The notes: generated by a model not told the origin, from the sequence alone. Positions 9,114-20,572 are shown, counted from the stretch's first letter. The stretch: 64,000 bases of DNA from Candidatus Poribacteria bacterium (GCA_965205025.1 CBDBFU010000015.1:96001-160000); one strand, 5' to 3'. Program-made: numbers and translations.

Positions 9114-11354
9114 TTATGGATTCCACCAGAAAGTCATTTTAGCAACAACTGTAGAATTTCGTAATATACCGGGTGTTGTAGTATCAGTATCATAGGTTTG
9201 GTTAAATACAAAATAGAAATCACTACCTGGACGATAAATAAAATTAATCAAGAAGTTCGTAGTTACAAGGCTTGTTTCAGTATTCCATTGTGTAAATAGT
9301 TTTGCATACAAACTTGTAGAAAAAGAATAACTGAATCTGCCAGAGAATAGATTGGCATGAAACTCACCTGTGGGTAAAGTGACATGATTAAATTGATATT
9401 CACCATCAATGCTAATTCGGTAACTTGGTTTGAGTGTGGCATTAACAAAATATTTGTTTATATTCCCGTTATAGAAACTACCGAATTCAAAACCAGTTGT
9501 GGCACTAATTGGACGTGTATCACTTGAAGATAATCTTCCTCCAAGTGCATCATACTGGTAGTCATCAATAGGTATAATTATCCCGTCACGAATTTCAAAG
9601 TCCTCTTTCAATCTCTCAAATTTCCGATTGGCAAAAAACATGATTGAGTCTGCTGTTGAAAATGAAGTCCAATGAGTATATGAAACACTCCACCGTTCAA
9701 GTTCATTATCTTGTGTGAGAATGTAATTTATTTCAGGACCAGACCATATTTCTCTGATACCATATCTTTGTGGTCTGGGAACCCATCGTGCTTCACCTCT
9801 GACATGACGAATACCTTTTTGTCGAACATATCCTACCTCAGGATTAAAATCATCATCAATATCTGTAAGAGTTCCACTTACTCTAAAATTATCGTTCCGC
9901 CATTGCGATCCGAAATACCAGGCATTATTATTTCCATTTATGTCAGGAGAGAATGTGCGTGACCACATTGCACGAATATCAAGTTGATCTGTAGGTCGAA
10001 ATTCAAAATCTACTCCACCTGACCGATTATAACTACCTGGAGCATCTTTATTCACTGCAATTAATCCGATTCGAGATCCTGCTATAGCGTCCTTTGTCAT
10101 CCGAAAGACAGAATAATTTGTCCTTGGTATATCAATAGGTCCATCGTCCTCGTCAGTCTCTTCATAATATTCATCAGTTAGAACATTTAGGAATCCAACG
10201 CCATAAGATCCAATTTTACCACTTGCTTTTCCACCTACTATTATAGGAATAGCTCTTCCTTCATCAATTCCTATCTGTCTACTATAAAATAGAAGCATTG
10301 GTGGGGGTCTTCGGAAACTCTGTCTTGGGATACCAAAGTCAAATAACCCGGCTCCTTCTAAAAAGAAAGGCCGTTTCTCTGGGAAGAATAAGTTAAAACG
10401 AGTTAAGTTCACTTGTTCTTCATCAGCTTCAACTTGTGCAAAATCAGTATTATATGTTAAATCTGCGATTAGATTTGATGTAATTCCATATTTTGCATCA
10501 AATCCGACTTTAAACTCTTGAATCGTTTCTTGTGAAGAGTTATCATCATTAATTTGTGTTATTCCAGGGAGAACATAAGGTAGGAATTCCAAATTCCTTG
10601 AAGGTGAAATTCCATCTAATCCAACAAGTGACCCCAAATTTGTAGTACGATATTTTGCTAATCCACCAAAGGAAACGGGTACAGGAGTCCAAACTGTTTC
10701 TTCCTGTGTTCGCATCAATTCACGACCGACATTTAACCCCCATATTATTGGATCACTTTTTCTAAAACGTAGTTGACTAAAAGGAATACGCAATTCTGAT
10801 GTCCACGAAGTTTGGTTAATTTTTGACTGACACTCTACAACTGCATCCCAGTCTCCGTTCAACGTATCACCATTATTAGATATTGCTCTATCCTGAATTG
10901 CCCCTAATGCGTTGACACGAAAGAAAAAACCGCTCCGTTTGTCGTTGTATGTATCCAGTAATACAAAGACATTATCGTTTTCATGTAAATCACGAGAGTC
11001 TCTCCGCATTTCATTAGCAACAAGTTTTTCTATATTAGAATCATGACAGGTAAAACCGAAATATATATACTCATCATCATACAGGATTCTTACCTCCATC
11101 GGTTCTGAGTTAGGTTCACCTTCAAAAGGTTCAATCTGAATAAATTTATCAATGATTTCAGCTTTTTGCCAATCAACTTCGTTTAATTCGCCATCAATCT
11201 CTATACTCTCGTAAGTACGATATGCTTTAATTTCGTAGTTGTGTGCTTCTGGAAAAACATCATCAACATAGAAAAACAATAAAAAGAAAATCAGCGGAAT
11301 TCCAAATTTAATTAAACGGAGAATAAAAGATAAAGTATATGCCAAACACAGCAC
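9114..11354 (-). CDS. CBM9-like / DUF5916 outer-membrane beta-barrel protein
   Basis: IDGELNEVDW, ELRIPFSQLRF, NTDFAQVEAD, FFPEKRPFFLEG, LFYSRQIG motifs. Confidence 0.8.
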   Translation of the reverse strand: MLCLAYTLSFILRLIKFGIPLIFFLLFFYVDDVFPEAHNYEIKAYRTYESIEIDGELNEVDWQKAEIIDKFIQIEPFEGEPNSEPMEVRILYDDEYIYFGFTCHDSNIEKLVANEMRRDSRDLHENDNVFVLLDTYNDKRSGFFFRVNALGAIQDRAISNNGDTLNGDWDAVVECQSKINQTSWTSELRIPFSQLRFRKSDPIIWGLNVGRELMRTQEETVWTPVPVSFGGLAKYRTTNLGSLVGLDGISPSRNLEFLPYVLPGITQINDDNSSQETIQEFKVGFDAKYGITSNLIADLTYNTDFAQVEADEEQVNLTRFNLFFPEKRPFFLEGAGLFDFGIPRQSFRRPPPMLLFYSRQIGIDEGRAIPIIVGGKASGKIGSYGVGFLNVLTDEYYEETDEDDGPIDIPRTNYSVFRMTKDAIAGSRIGLIAVNKDAPGSYNRSGGVDFEFRPTDQLDIRAMWSRTFSPDINGNNNAWYFGSQWRNDNFRVSGTLTDIDDDFNPEVGYVRQKGIRHVRGEARWVPRPQRYGIREIWSGPEINYILTQDNELERWSVSYTHWTSFSTADSIMFFANRKFERLKEDFEIRDGIIIPIDDYQYDALGGRLSSSDTRPISATTGFEFGSFYNGNINKYFVNATLKPSYRISIDGEYQFNHVTLPTGEFHANLFSGRFSYSFSTSLYAKLFTQWNTETSLVTTNFLINFIYRPGSDFYFVFNQTYDTDTTTPGILRNSTVVAKMTFWWNP

Positions 11355-11437
11355 CTCCTAAGGATGGGAATATAGGTCTATTATAAGAGACGAATAGGAG
11401 GGAAATTAGATTATATAAAATTCATCAAAATGATAAA

Positions 11438-13519
11438 TTAGTATTTGAATGTGAGGGCAATGAAAGGAACTAATCGCAATTGTGCAATTGGCACTTCTTC
11501 AGTAAAATCCGAATTATACCGTACTTGTAAGTAATTTATCTTATTATATACATTCCACAATTCGAATGTGAAACCTGCTCTGAATCTGTCAAAACTACTG
11601 TATGTCCAATGTATACGTAAATCTAAACGATGGTAGGGTTCAGTTCTTAATGGATCACCATATATTGGCAACCATGTTTCCTTCTTGCTGAATGGATTTG
11701 TATAATGCTCTCTATCTTCTAAAGGTGCATACAAGACACCACTCTTATATCTCCAATTTGCTCCAATATCAAGTGTGTGGAATGTATAATTGAGATTAAG
11801 AGAAAAAACATGGGGTGTACTAAACATATACTCTCTTTCTCTCTCATAAGGTGTATCTTGTCGTTTTGAAATGGTATAGGAATAAGCCACCCATCCTCGT
11901 AACACATCTCCGATTTGGTGTTCTAACGAAAATTCAAATCCTGTAACAGAACCAATACGTTGGTTTCTATAACTTCTATCATTTATATCGAAAGAAATCA
12001 TATCAAGTAGTTGTTTGTAATAGGTAGCGACTTCAACTCTTGTCTCATTGGTTAATCTTTTTTCCATAGTCACGACATAATGTCTTGCTAAACTTGGAGA
12101 GATAGCATATTTCTTATCACCAAGTACGAGTTGATAAAATTGTGGATTCTGAACATAATTACCATACTGAAAACGGATGTCTATTGGTAATAATGATAGA
12201 TTATGGTTGCCAGTGAAATTAGGTCCAAACGTCAAACCCAATAAGGCTCGCGGCTGTAATGAAAAAGTATCAATTAGATTGAAATATGTTCCACGCATAC
12301 CGATAGAACTATATATATTTACTATGGTTGATGAGAATATATCCTTTGTTAATTGACTATAACCTTCCAAACGATGCATTTTCTCAGAAATGCTTGTATG
12401 GATTTTCTCGCCATCCTCTTTTAATCTAATGTTATAATCCCAATCTCCTTCTTCAAGTGGTCGTGAACCAATACTAATGATATTAGATGGTAAAATAGAT
12501 AAAACAAAGCCTGATTCTAATAACGTTATTGGATTATTAATCCAATAATGTAGGTCTGCTCTTAGTGAGAAAACACTATCCGCGTTCCGATAAAAATAAC
12601 CTTCTCCATATTCAAGTTCAGACCGTGAGAAAGACCGAGTTAAAGATATGACGGACCGAAATTTCTTTTCCTTTTCAGAATATAGGTGAATCCCTTGTGA
12701 ATCAAATGGGTTGTCAGAAGTAAATAGACCCCGAAGATCACTCTCTGATACTTCATCTGCACCAAAACGGAATTGGGCGGAATCATCCGATCCAAATGCA
12801 TTTAATTCCACTCTATGTGTCTTGTTGATCTGATATACCCCTTTTCCTTGATAACTCCAAAACCTTGGTACTTGAACAACAAAATCACTCTCGATTTCTA
12901 ACGAAGTTGATAATAAATCAAATAGGGGTCCCATATTACTTCTGCGACCGAAAACATAGTAATAACCTCGTTCACCTATACTCCCTTCAACAAATGCTTG
13001 TGAATATACTGGATTGAGATTAAGGTTTGTGCCTATAGTCTTGTCAGTTCTACTTCTGGAATATATATCAATTACTGCTTGAGATTCTGATCCGAATTCA
13101 GCACCATATCCACCTGGGTAAACTTCCACTTTTTGTATCACATCTGCATTGACAGTAGAAACTATTCCATAGAGATGATATGGATATCCCAAAGGAAGTC
13201 TATCGAAATAATATAGATTATCTTCAGGACCACCACCACGCACTGATAGGATACCAGTAAAGTCATTTAATACACCCACACTTGGAAGAATATCTAATAC
13301 TCTAAGTGGGTCTCCACCACTTCCAACCAGCGTGTTGAATATGGAACCTTTAAGTGTATTCTTAGGTTTCTTCTCTATTTTCTCCGCGGTGATTTCAATA
13401 GGAGGCAAGGTAATTATATCGTCAGTTTCTGATGCATTTGTAGACAAACAGAATGATACGAATAGGATGTTTATAATTACGGATATGCAAACTTTTAGAG
13501 TAGGAAACACGTATAACAC
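11438..13519 (-). CDS. TonB-dependent receptor
   Basis: Plug motif VRGGGPEDNLYYFD..VEVYPGGYGAEFG; C-terminal YHRLDLR..NVYN, aromatic terminal residue. Confidence 0.85.
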   Translation of the reverse strand: MLYVFPTLKVCISVIINILFVSFCLSTNASETDDIITLPPIEITAEKIEKKPKNTLKGSIFNTLVGSGGDPLRVLDILPSVGVLNDFTGILSVRGGGPEDNLYYFDRLPLGYPYHLYGIVSTVNADVIQKVEVYPGGYGAEFGSESQAVIDIYSRSRTDKTIGTNLNLNPVYSQAFVEGSIGERGYYYVFGRRSNMGPLFDLLSTSLEIESDFVVQVPRFWSYQGKGVYQINKTHRVELNAFGSDDSAQFRFGADEVSESDLRGLFTSDNPFDSQGIHLYSEKEKKFRSVISLTRSFSRSELEYGEGYFYRNADSVFSLRADLHYWINNPITLLESGFVLSILPSNIISIGSRPLEEGDWDYNIRLKEDGEKIHTSISEKMHRLEGYSQLTKDIFSSTIVNIYSSIGMRGTYFNLIDTFSLQPRALLGLTFGPNFTGNHNLSLLPIDIRFQYGNYVQNPQFYQLVLGDKKYAISPSLARHYVVTMEKRLTNETRVEVATYYKQLLDMISFDINDRSYRNQRIGSVTGFEFSLEHQIGDVLRGWVAYSYTISKRQDTPYEREREYMFSTPHVFSLNLNYTFHTLDIGANWRYKSGVLYAPLEDREHYTNPFSKKETWLPIYGDPLRTEPYHRLDLRIHWTYSSFDRFRAGFTFELWNVYNKINYLQVRYNSDFTEEVPIAQLRLVPFIALTFKY

Positions 13520-13521
13520 CG

Positions 13522-15747
13522 TTAGAATGCTGCTGTTATGCCTAAATAAGGGATAATTGGAAGTTGATTGATGGCTTCTTTGGTCTTGTAGTCATCTTCA
13601 TATCTATAATTCAACAGATTCTTCCTATTATACGCGTTTAGAAGTTCGAAAAAGATTCCTAAATCCCAACTATTAAATTGGAATACTTTACTAATACGTA
13701 TGTCCAATCTATGATAAGGTGGTAATCTTTCAGAATTCTTTTCACCATAAATTGGTGTATAGATAATTCTACCAATATTCCTTGGATCAGGGATACGGAT
13801 AGCATCAACAACTGGGGTATAAGGGTTACCAGTACGATATTGCCATTTCATACCAAATTCCCATGTAGGAGTAAGGTTATAACTTGCAGCGAGTGTTGCT
13901 ACATGGGTTTGATCAAAAGAATAAAATCGGTACGGTTCATCTACACGGTCTCGACGTTTAGAGAGTGCATAAGCATAGGATAACCAGCCAAAGAACTTAT
14001 CACCGCTTTGATGTCTAAGAAAGACTTCTGTTCCTTGGGCATATCCTACGCCTTGGTTTAGGAATACAACACTTTCATCCGATGTAACCAAATTTGCAAG
14101 ATCTTTATAATAGGCAGCCATTTTTATTTCGGTGTCTTGTGATAATTGCCGTTTGAGTTCTATAATATAATGACTTGCCTGACTGGACTTCAAATTAGGG
14201 TTACCGACATTTGTAGAAAGTTGAGCTGGAATAGGGGTTTGATTGTAAATTCCGTAAGAAAACTGCAATTCAGAACTGGTAGGTAGTTCGATTTGTATAC
14301 TACCACGTGGTTGAAGAGAGAGTTGATCAATTCTATTGAAATAATCCAACCTAATTCCGTAAACTACCGAGACAAAAGGTAATAGTATATATCTATCTTG
14401 AAGATATGTTTCTATCCGTTGACCCCGTACATATTCATCAACATTAATCTTCTCCTCAAATCGGATATCATATTCCACTTCTCCCTCATCAGGGATTCTT
14501 GTAAAAGTTCCAGTAACCTCTCCCGGTTCCAGACCAACTATTAATCCCGATTCTAATCTGTGTCTTGAACTTAATTCATAGGCAAGATCTTCACGCAAAG
14601 TATAGTTTGGAGCATCAATATTAAGTGAGATTGCTGGACCGAAATTTACATCGAAAAGGAAATTAGATCGGGTGAGAGATAAGTAGGATGTAAGTTTATC
14701 TGTTAAGGTGGACCGAAGATGAAATCCGGCACCTTCAAAACCACTTTCAAAACTAGTATCTCCTCGAAAATCTTCATCCACATTATTACCATCTAATTTT
14801 AATGCAAACTTATCTCCTGAGGCGAATAAATTTAGGAAGAATTGATGCTTTTCACTTAAATCATAACCTGCTTTGAACTGATAATCCCAAAACCGTGGAA
14901 AAGCTGTAATTGACCCAGTAGCAAAAGAGAGAGAACCAATAAATAGATCAATATAACTTCTACGACCAGCTGCGTACCAATACCCTTTTTCGCCAATTTT
15001 TCCTTGAAGTAAACCTTCTGAATATAGCAAATTGAGATTTAACTTTCCACGGAGATTTTCTGGACTATTATCCTGAGAATAAATGTCTATGACAGCCTGT
15101 GAATCAACCCCATATTCTGCACCATATCCTCCCGCATAGACATCGATTCTATCAATAATTTCAGAACTTAACGAGGATACTAAACCCCCAAAATGGTATG
15201 GATACCCCACGGGGACACGGTCAAAATAGTATAAGTTATCTTCATCCGATCCACCACGTATATAAAGGGCACCACTAAAGTCATTGGCAACTCCTATCCC
15301 TGGGATCGCAGGTAAGGCACGTAAGGCATCTCCTGCAGTTCCTGGTAAACGTGTAATTTCTTTTGATTGGATACTCTTCTTAGTTACTGTTTTAGGTTGG
15401 CGTTGTGTACTCACCTCTACTTTTTCGAGTTCATATTCCTCAAAATTAACAAATATATTAGGTGTTAGTGTTTTACCAATTTCGACAACGATACTTGTTC
15501 TCTCGGTGGTATTATAATTAGGATAGGATATAGAGATTGTATATTTTCCTGCAGGAATTTCTGAGATCTTGAACATTCCATTTTCATCTGTTTTTAGCCT
15601 TTGTTCGGTTTCAATTATCTCAACAGTAGCCCCTACTAAAGGACGATCAGTGATACGACTATAAACTGTACCCTCTATTGACCCAGTTTGTGAAAAAACA
15701 GTACTTGGAATTAGTATTAATATAAGTAAGTAGAATAGATTCTTCAT
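13522..15747 (-). CDS. TonB-dependent receptor with N-terminal carboxypeptidase-regulatory-like domain
   Basis: Signal peptide, GSIEGTV..PLVGATV domain, plug motif IRGGSDEDNLYYFD, terminal Phe. Confidence 0.88.
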   Translation of the reverse strand: MKNLFYLLILILIPSTVFSQTGSIEGTVYSRITDRPLVGATVEIIETEQRLKTDENGMFKISEIPAGKYTISISYPNYNTTERTSIVVEIGKTLTPNIFVNFEEYELEKVEVSTQRQPKTVTKKSIQSKEITRLPGTAGDALRALPAIPGIGVANDFSGALYIRGGSDEDNLYYFDRVPVGYPYHFGGLVSSLSSEIIDRIDVYAGGYGAEYGVDSQAVIDIYSQDNSPENLRGKLNLNLLYSEGLLQGKIGEKGYWYAAGRRSYIDLFIGSLSFATGSITAFPRFWDYQFKAGYDLSEKHQFFLNLFASGDKFALKLDGNNVDEDFRGDTSFESGFEGAGFHLRSTLTDKLTSYLSLTRSNFLFDVNFGPAISLNIDAPNYTLREDLAYELSSRHRLESGLIVGLEPGEVTGTFTRIPDEGEVEYDIRFEEKINVDEYVRGQRIETYLQDRYILLPFVSVVYGIRLDYFNRIDQLSLQPRGSIQIELPTSSELQFSYGIYNQTPIPAQLSTNVGNPNLKSSQASHYIIELKRQLSQDTEIKMAAYYKDLANLVTSDESVVFLNQGVGYAQGTEVFLRHQSGDKFFGWLSYAYALSKRRDRVDEPYRFYSFDQTHVATLAASYNLTPTWEFGMKWQYRTGNPYTPVVDAIRIPDPRNIGRIIYTPIYGEKNSERLPPYHRLDIRISKVFQFNSWDLGIFFELLNAYNRKNLLNYRYEDDYKTKEAINQLPIIPYLGITAAF

Positions 15748-15855
15748 TATCCTAAACTCATTTCTTTCATTAGTATATAAGCATTGGTTACATTAAGTAT
15801 TATTAATTATACTATTTATTATTCTGTTTTTCCAGAAAATGAACAAATTGTCTGA

Positions 15856-18273
15856 TTAAAAGTCAATAGTCAACCCAATATACGGAATACGCGGTAATTG
15901 TCCACTTTCACCGATTTCTTGTTCTTCAATTTCAATTTTCTCACCTTGTACTTCAAAAGAACCCTCTTCAAGAATGAATTCAATTGTGTTTTTACGTTTA
16001 TAGACATTTAGAATCTCTAAAAAGCCACCAATCTTCATACCCATAAAGTTCCATTTATAACTTACTCGAAAATCTAATTTATGGTAAGGAGTGAGTCTTG
16101 CACTTAACGCTTTGTCAAGACTTGAGAATAGTGGATTTAGTCCACGGGTTACCGGATCTTGTATGAGTACGATAGTGCTAAGTGGGGTCTCTGAAGTACC
16201 ACTCAAATATTGCCACTTTGCACCAATATCAAAATCGGGTCTAACTGTATAATTTGCCACAACACTGACAATGTGTGTGTTATTAAAAAGATATGGTTGG
16301 TAAAGTTGATCTGGATTTTCTCTGCGTTCCGAATGGGTATAGGCATAGGATATCCATCCAAAAAATGTATCTGGAACACGATGACGTAGAAACAATTCTA
16401 TTCCACCTACATATCCCGATCCCTGATTAAGATAGTTTGCTACATCATCTTCAGTAATTAATTTCTGAGCATCTTTATAATATGTTGCAAACTTAAACTC
16501 TGTCTGATATGTGATTTCCTGTTCTATCTCCATTATATAGTGCCGTGTTACACTGGATTTTAAGTCTTGATTACCATTTTCTGATAACAGATAGGAAAGC
16601 TGAGGACTCTGTTCATATTGTCCATACGCAAAACGTAAGTTTGCTCCAATTGGAAGTGTAATACTTATACTTCCACGGGGTTGAATAGAAACTTGTTCAA
16701 TTAAATCTAAATAATCAAATCTTAAACCGGCTGCCATAGACAGATTCGGTAAGGGATCATATCGTGTTTGTAAATAACCTTCATAACGTTGTAAATCGTG
16801 TCCAAATTCATAATCTCTTGTTTCCTCAGTCTTCAACTGAGGAACTCCTTCATCGCCATACCTTATATTCTCTGGGTTTGTTTGCCTTATTTCGTTCAGT
16901 TCTACATCATCTGTTATTTCTTCAAATGAAGGGTACATTAAATGTTCAGTACTATTTGCTGGACTAAAAGCAAACAGAAAACCTGGTTCAATTTGGATGT
17001 TCGGTGTTAATTTGTATGATACATCCTCACGAAAGGTGTAAACTGGAACTTGAACCTGTAATAAGTATTCAATTGAGTCAGTTCTTGAGACCAATTCTCC
17101 CTGTTCAGTTCTCACTGTAGTCTCTGAAAAAACTGTATCTAATTCAATATCAAGATAATTAAGGGATCGGGTTAGAGAGAGATTAGAATTTAGTCTATCA
17201 GTGAATTTTGAACTCAAATGAATACCTTGACCATTAAAACCGTTTTTAAAGAAAATTGAGGATTCAAATGAATCTTCTTGTATACCAACTTCTTCTCGTG
17301 TTTCTTCTGCCTGAAAATGAAAATGGTCCGTTGCAGAAAACGCATTTAGGGTTATTTCATGATTTTGGTTTAGGGGATAGTATAATTTTAATTGATAGTC
17401 TGAAAAATATGGAAATTGCTGCTCTGATCCTGTTTGGGATTCCACAATCGGACCAACGATAAGATCAAAATAACTACGTCTCCCAGATATAGATGCGTAA
17501 CCTTTATCTCCGATTTTACTTTCTATCAATCCTTCGGAATAAATTACATTTAGATTAAATATTCCATTTAACCGTTCTTCAAGTTTTTCACGCGCATGGA
17601 TATCGATGACTGCCTGTGAATCTAAACCAAATTCACCACCATACCCTCCAGCGTAGATGTCTATTTTTTCAATTGTTTCTGAACTAATCGTAGAAATTAA
17701 TCCACCCCAGTGAAATGGGTATCCTAAAGGAGTTCTGTCAAGATAATAAAGGTTTGAACCTGGATCGCTTCCACGAATATACATTACACCAAAGAAATCA
17801 TTGGGAATTCCTATACTTGGAAGTGTAGTCAATCCCTTTAAGGCATCAGTGCCTACACCAGCAATACGAAGCAATTCACTACCACGGATATCCTTACGAC
17901 TCACAGTAGGTGGAACACGTTCCCCTTCAACAACGATTGTCTCTAATTCAAGGATATTACCAAGATACATCTTGACTTGGGTGGTATGACCTTCAGTCAC
18001 CTCAACAGTTGTCTTTGTCGGTGTTTTAAAAGAACGATGTATAATTGTCAGTTCATAGGCTCCAGGGGGAACACTTGTGAACCAGACTTTTCCTTCAAAA
18101 TCAGTTCTTTGTCTTTTATTAATCTCAGAGATATTAACTTCTGCACCTTCAAGTGGTTTTCCTGTATTTTGATTGTATACTGTTCCTTCAATAGTTCCTG
18201 TCTGTGCAAAAATTGAAATAGAAGGAATTGTTAACAAAATAATGTAAAGTACAATAAATGTAGATATTTTCAT
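15856..18273 (-). CDS. TonB-dependent receptor with N-terminal carboxypeptidase-regulatory-like domain
   Basis: Paralogue of the neighbour; start placed at ATG 18273 (MKIST..) to give a normal signal peptide; terminal Phe. Confidence 0.88.
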   Translation of the reverse strand: MKISTFIVLYIILLTIPSISIFAQTGTIEGTVYNQNTGKPLEGAEVNISEINKRQRTDFEGKVWFTSVPPGAYELTIIHRSFKTPTKTTVEVTEGHTTQVKMYLGNILELETIVVEGERVPPTVSRKDIRGSELLRIAGVGTDALKGLTTLPSIGIPNDFFGVMYIRGSDPGSNLYYLDRTPLGYPFHWGGLISTISSETIEKIDIYAGGYGGEFGLDSQAVIDIHAREKLEERLNGIFNLNVIYSEGLIESKIGDKGYASISGRRSYFDLIVGPIVESQTGSEQQFPYFSDYQLKLYYPLNQNHEITLNAFSATDHFHFQAEETREEVGIQEDSFESSIFFKNGFNGQGIHLSSKFTDRLNSNLSLTRSLNYLDIELDTVFSETTVRTEQGELVSRTDSIEYLLQVQVPVYTFREDVSYKLTPNIQIEPGFLFAFSPANSTEHLMYPSFEEITDDVELNEIRQTNPENIRYGDEGVPQLKTEETRDYEFGHDLQRYEGYLQTRYDPLPNLSMAAGLRFDYLDLIEQVSIQPRGSISITLPIGANLRFAYGQYEQSPQLSYLLSENGNQDLKSSVTRHYIMEIEQEITYQTEFKFATYYKDAQKLITEDDVANYLNQGSGYVGGIELFLRHRVPDTFFGWISYAYTHSERRENPDQLYQPYLFNNTHIVSVVANYTVRPDFDIGAKWQYLSGTSETPLSTIVLIQDPVTRGLNPLFSSLDKALSARLTPYHKLDFRVSYKWNFMGMKIGGFLEILNVYKRKNTIEFILEEGSFEVQGEKIEIEEQEIGESGQLPRIPYIGLTIDF

Positions 18274-18489
18274 ATATATTTGTCCTGTTCTAATATAGAT
18301 TATCAATAAATACAACGTTCATTTATTGATATTGTTGACCAATTGGATAAAAACCCAAAATTATTGTTGTAGAGGAATGGTTGTTTCTAATACGCTATTA
18401 ATCCGTTTGGAGGGTGTGTAAAACTTTTGTAAGTGTTTCGTCATTGAGACAGTCCTTGAGGCATTCTCACTACCCGGCTGAGATTTCTT

Positions 18490-18599
18490 CACACCAGCGG
18501 TGTGATATGTCTATAGCAAACCGATACATGCAGAGCGCACACTCCAGCGGAGTGCTATGTCTATAGAAACATAATGTAGCATAAACTTCCAGTTTGTGC
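18490..18599. repeat. Doublet of CACTCCAGCGGAGTGCTATGTCTATAG repeat plus a GTAG-REP-like palindrome
   Basis: Copies start at 18490 and 18540 (50-bp period); gtagcataaacttccagtttgtgc at 18576-18599. Confidence 0.75.
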
Positions 18600-18625
18600 A
18601 GGACTTCAAGACATACATAACAACG

Positions 18626-19669
18626 TGTGTATAAAGTATATGGCATTAATAAGAAGAAAATGAAACCAATCAAACAATAAAAAAATGAAGAAAACATCCA
18701 TCTCTAACAACTAAATACATATATCACAAAAACAGAAGCACATATTAAGAATATCTGTCAAAATGAAAATAAAATTAAGGTTTAGAACACAAACTAAAAA
18801 CCAATAACTATAAACTAATGACAATTTATAAAAACGATCCTAATTACAAAGTTTCATATACGTCAAATATGCATACCTTTATAACCGTTGGGTATCTCAA
18901 AATCAGAAAGCACAACAATAACACAAAATCACATATTTTCGAATTTCTTAAAAAGTCAATTCAAAGTGGAGTAAAGTCAGTCTATGACAGGGGTTATACG
19001 GGTAATTTACACCAATTTCAATGTCACACCGTGTGACAAAATGTGTAACTTTTTTCATGTTTTCGATACATAGAGAAATGCAACAACAATACGATCTACT
19101 GTCTGAGTATTTAGGATTAAATGACTGTTTTTAGACCTTATTTTTGTCTGTATATTAGGATTAACAATTCTAATTCATGGGAAACTGAGTCTCTAATGAT
19201 AAGTCTATTTTTTGGAGTTTTCTATATCAAAAATACCGTACTCCAGTGGAGTACTATGTCTATAGAAAACAATATCGGAACAATCTGGCACTCCAGCGGA
19301 GTGCTATGTGCCAATACACTTCGTATGAAAAACATATAAGTACTTAATACACACTTAAGTTATGATGTAATTAACGTATGTGATTCACGGAAATTGGTAT
19401 AATTAAAATTATAAACCCTTATAGAATAAGGCTTCGTAAAAATGCTCCGTGAAGGTTTCCGTGAAAGTGCAATCATCTCAATACGATGAATATTAACACT
19501 TTTTCCATTCACAATAACCATACATCTAATATAATTATGAGATTGACAGATGAAGGTCTCAATGCCATAATGGAGTTGAGATGTAGGTAAATGAACAATA
19601 CTTAGGAAAAAATATTGGTATCCAGATACAATTGCAGGATGATGTTGAGTGCCAAAAACTTTACACACC
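18626..19669. mobile_element. Putative non-autonomous ~1-kb element with GGTGTGTAAAGTTT-type terminal inverted repeats
   Basis: Right end tgccaaaaactttacacacc (19650-19669); degenerate left end tgtgtataaagtatatggca (18626-18645, 16/20); another similar end at 18413. It shares a 39-bp internal module with 49236-49274 and has no credible ORF. Confidence 0.45.
19239..19309. repeat. Doublet of CACTCCAGCGGAGTGCTATG repeat
   Basis: Copies at 19239 and 19289 (50-bp period). Confidence 0.75.
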
Positions 19670-19737
19670 CGCTATTAGATTTAACCTGCAAAAATCATAA
19701 TGTTATGTTAAAATATGTGAAATTAGGATATCTATCA

Positions 19738-20532
19738 ATGAACAACAGAATTCTGATAATCTCTCTAATATTAATATCGATCCTTAGTATAATTCTTCAA
19801 TATAATTTTCGTATAGAAGTAGATGCACGATTGATTAAAGGAGAAACAGATACTCCTTTCTCACATGACCTATTTAATCAGATCTTACAAAGATACGTAG
19901 ATGATGGTCGTGTTGATTATACAAGGTTGAAAGAAAATTCCGAGGTTTTTGATACGTATTTAGATCAATTGGCAACTGCGAATCCTACAGAGATGAATTA
20001 CAATGAACAATTAGCCTTCTGGATAAATGCATATAATGCACTAATCATCAAAGGTGTTATAGACCATTACCCTACAAAAAGTGTACGGAAGGTAAAATTA
20101 TTTGGAGGTTTTTTCTATCGTTTAAAGTTTCAAGTTGCAGATGAGACATATACACTGAATCAAATTGAACACGATATCATCCGTACTGAATTTGTTGATC
20201 CAAGAGTCCATTTTGCATTGGTGTGTGCATCCTTAAGTTGTCCACATTTAGAAAATACTGTCTTCTTACCTGAAACAATTGAAGAACAATTGGATGAAGT
20301 TACACAGAAATTTATCACTGATCCAGAAAAGGTCAAAATTGACAGACAAAAACGAAGGGTTTATCTATCAAAAATATTCAAATGGTATAAAGAAGATTTT
20401 ACAGAAGGTTACGACGGTGTACCAGATTTTCTTGCTGATTACCTACCTTCAGATGATGCAGAATTTGTGTTAGAGAAAGATATTAAGTTGGTTTATTTAG
20501 ATTATGATTGGTCATTGAATGACAAAAAATGA
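19738..20532 (+). CDS. DUF547 domain protein
   Basis: GRVDY, LAFWINAYNA, TLNQIEH, DPRVHFALVCASLSCP, LSKIFKWY..DF, YDWSLN; start moved to ATG 19738 (signal anchor). Confidence 0.9.
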   Translation: MNNRILIISLILISILSIILQYNFRIEVDARLIKGETDTPFSHDLFNQILQRYVDDGRVDYTRLKENSEVFDTYLDQLATANPTEMNYNEQLAFWINAYNALIIKGVIDHYPTKSVRKVKLFGGFFYRLKFQVADETYTLNQIEHDIIRTEFVDPRVHFALVCASLSCPHLENTVFLPETIEEQLDEVTQKFITDPEKVKIDRQKRRVYLSKIFKWYKEDFTEGYDGVPDFLADYLPSDDAEFVLEKDIKLVYLDYDWSLNDKK

Positions 20533-20572
20533 AAGGGAATATTGACTTGATATTTGTCAATTAAGGATTTAT

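Noticed and set aside
18470-19668. Four short ORFs (18470-18697, 18818-19036, 19121-19339, 19360-19668)
   Set aside because: They overlap repeats and IR ends and lack RBS or protein-like features; no Y1 transposase HUH motif was seen.
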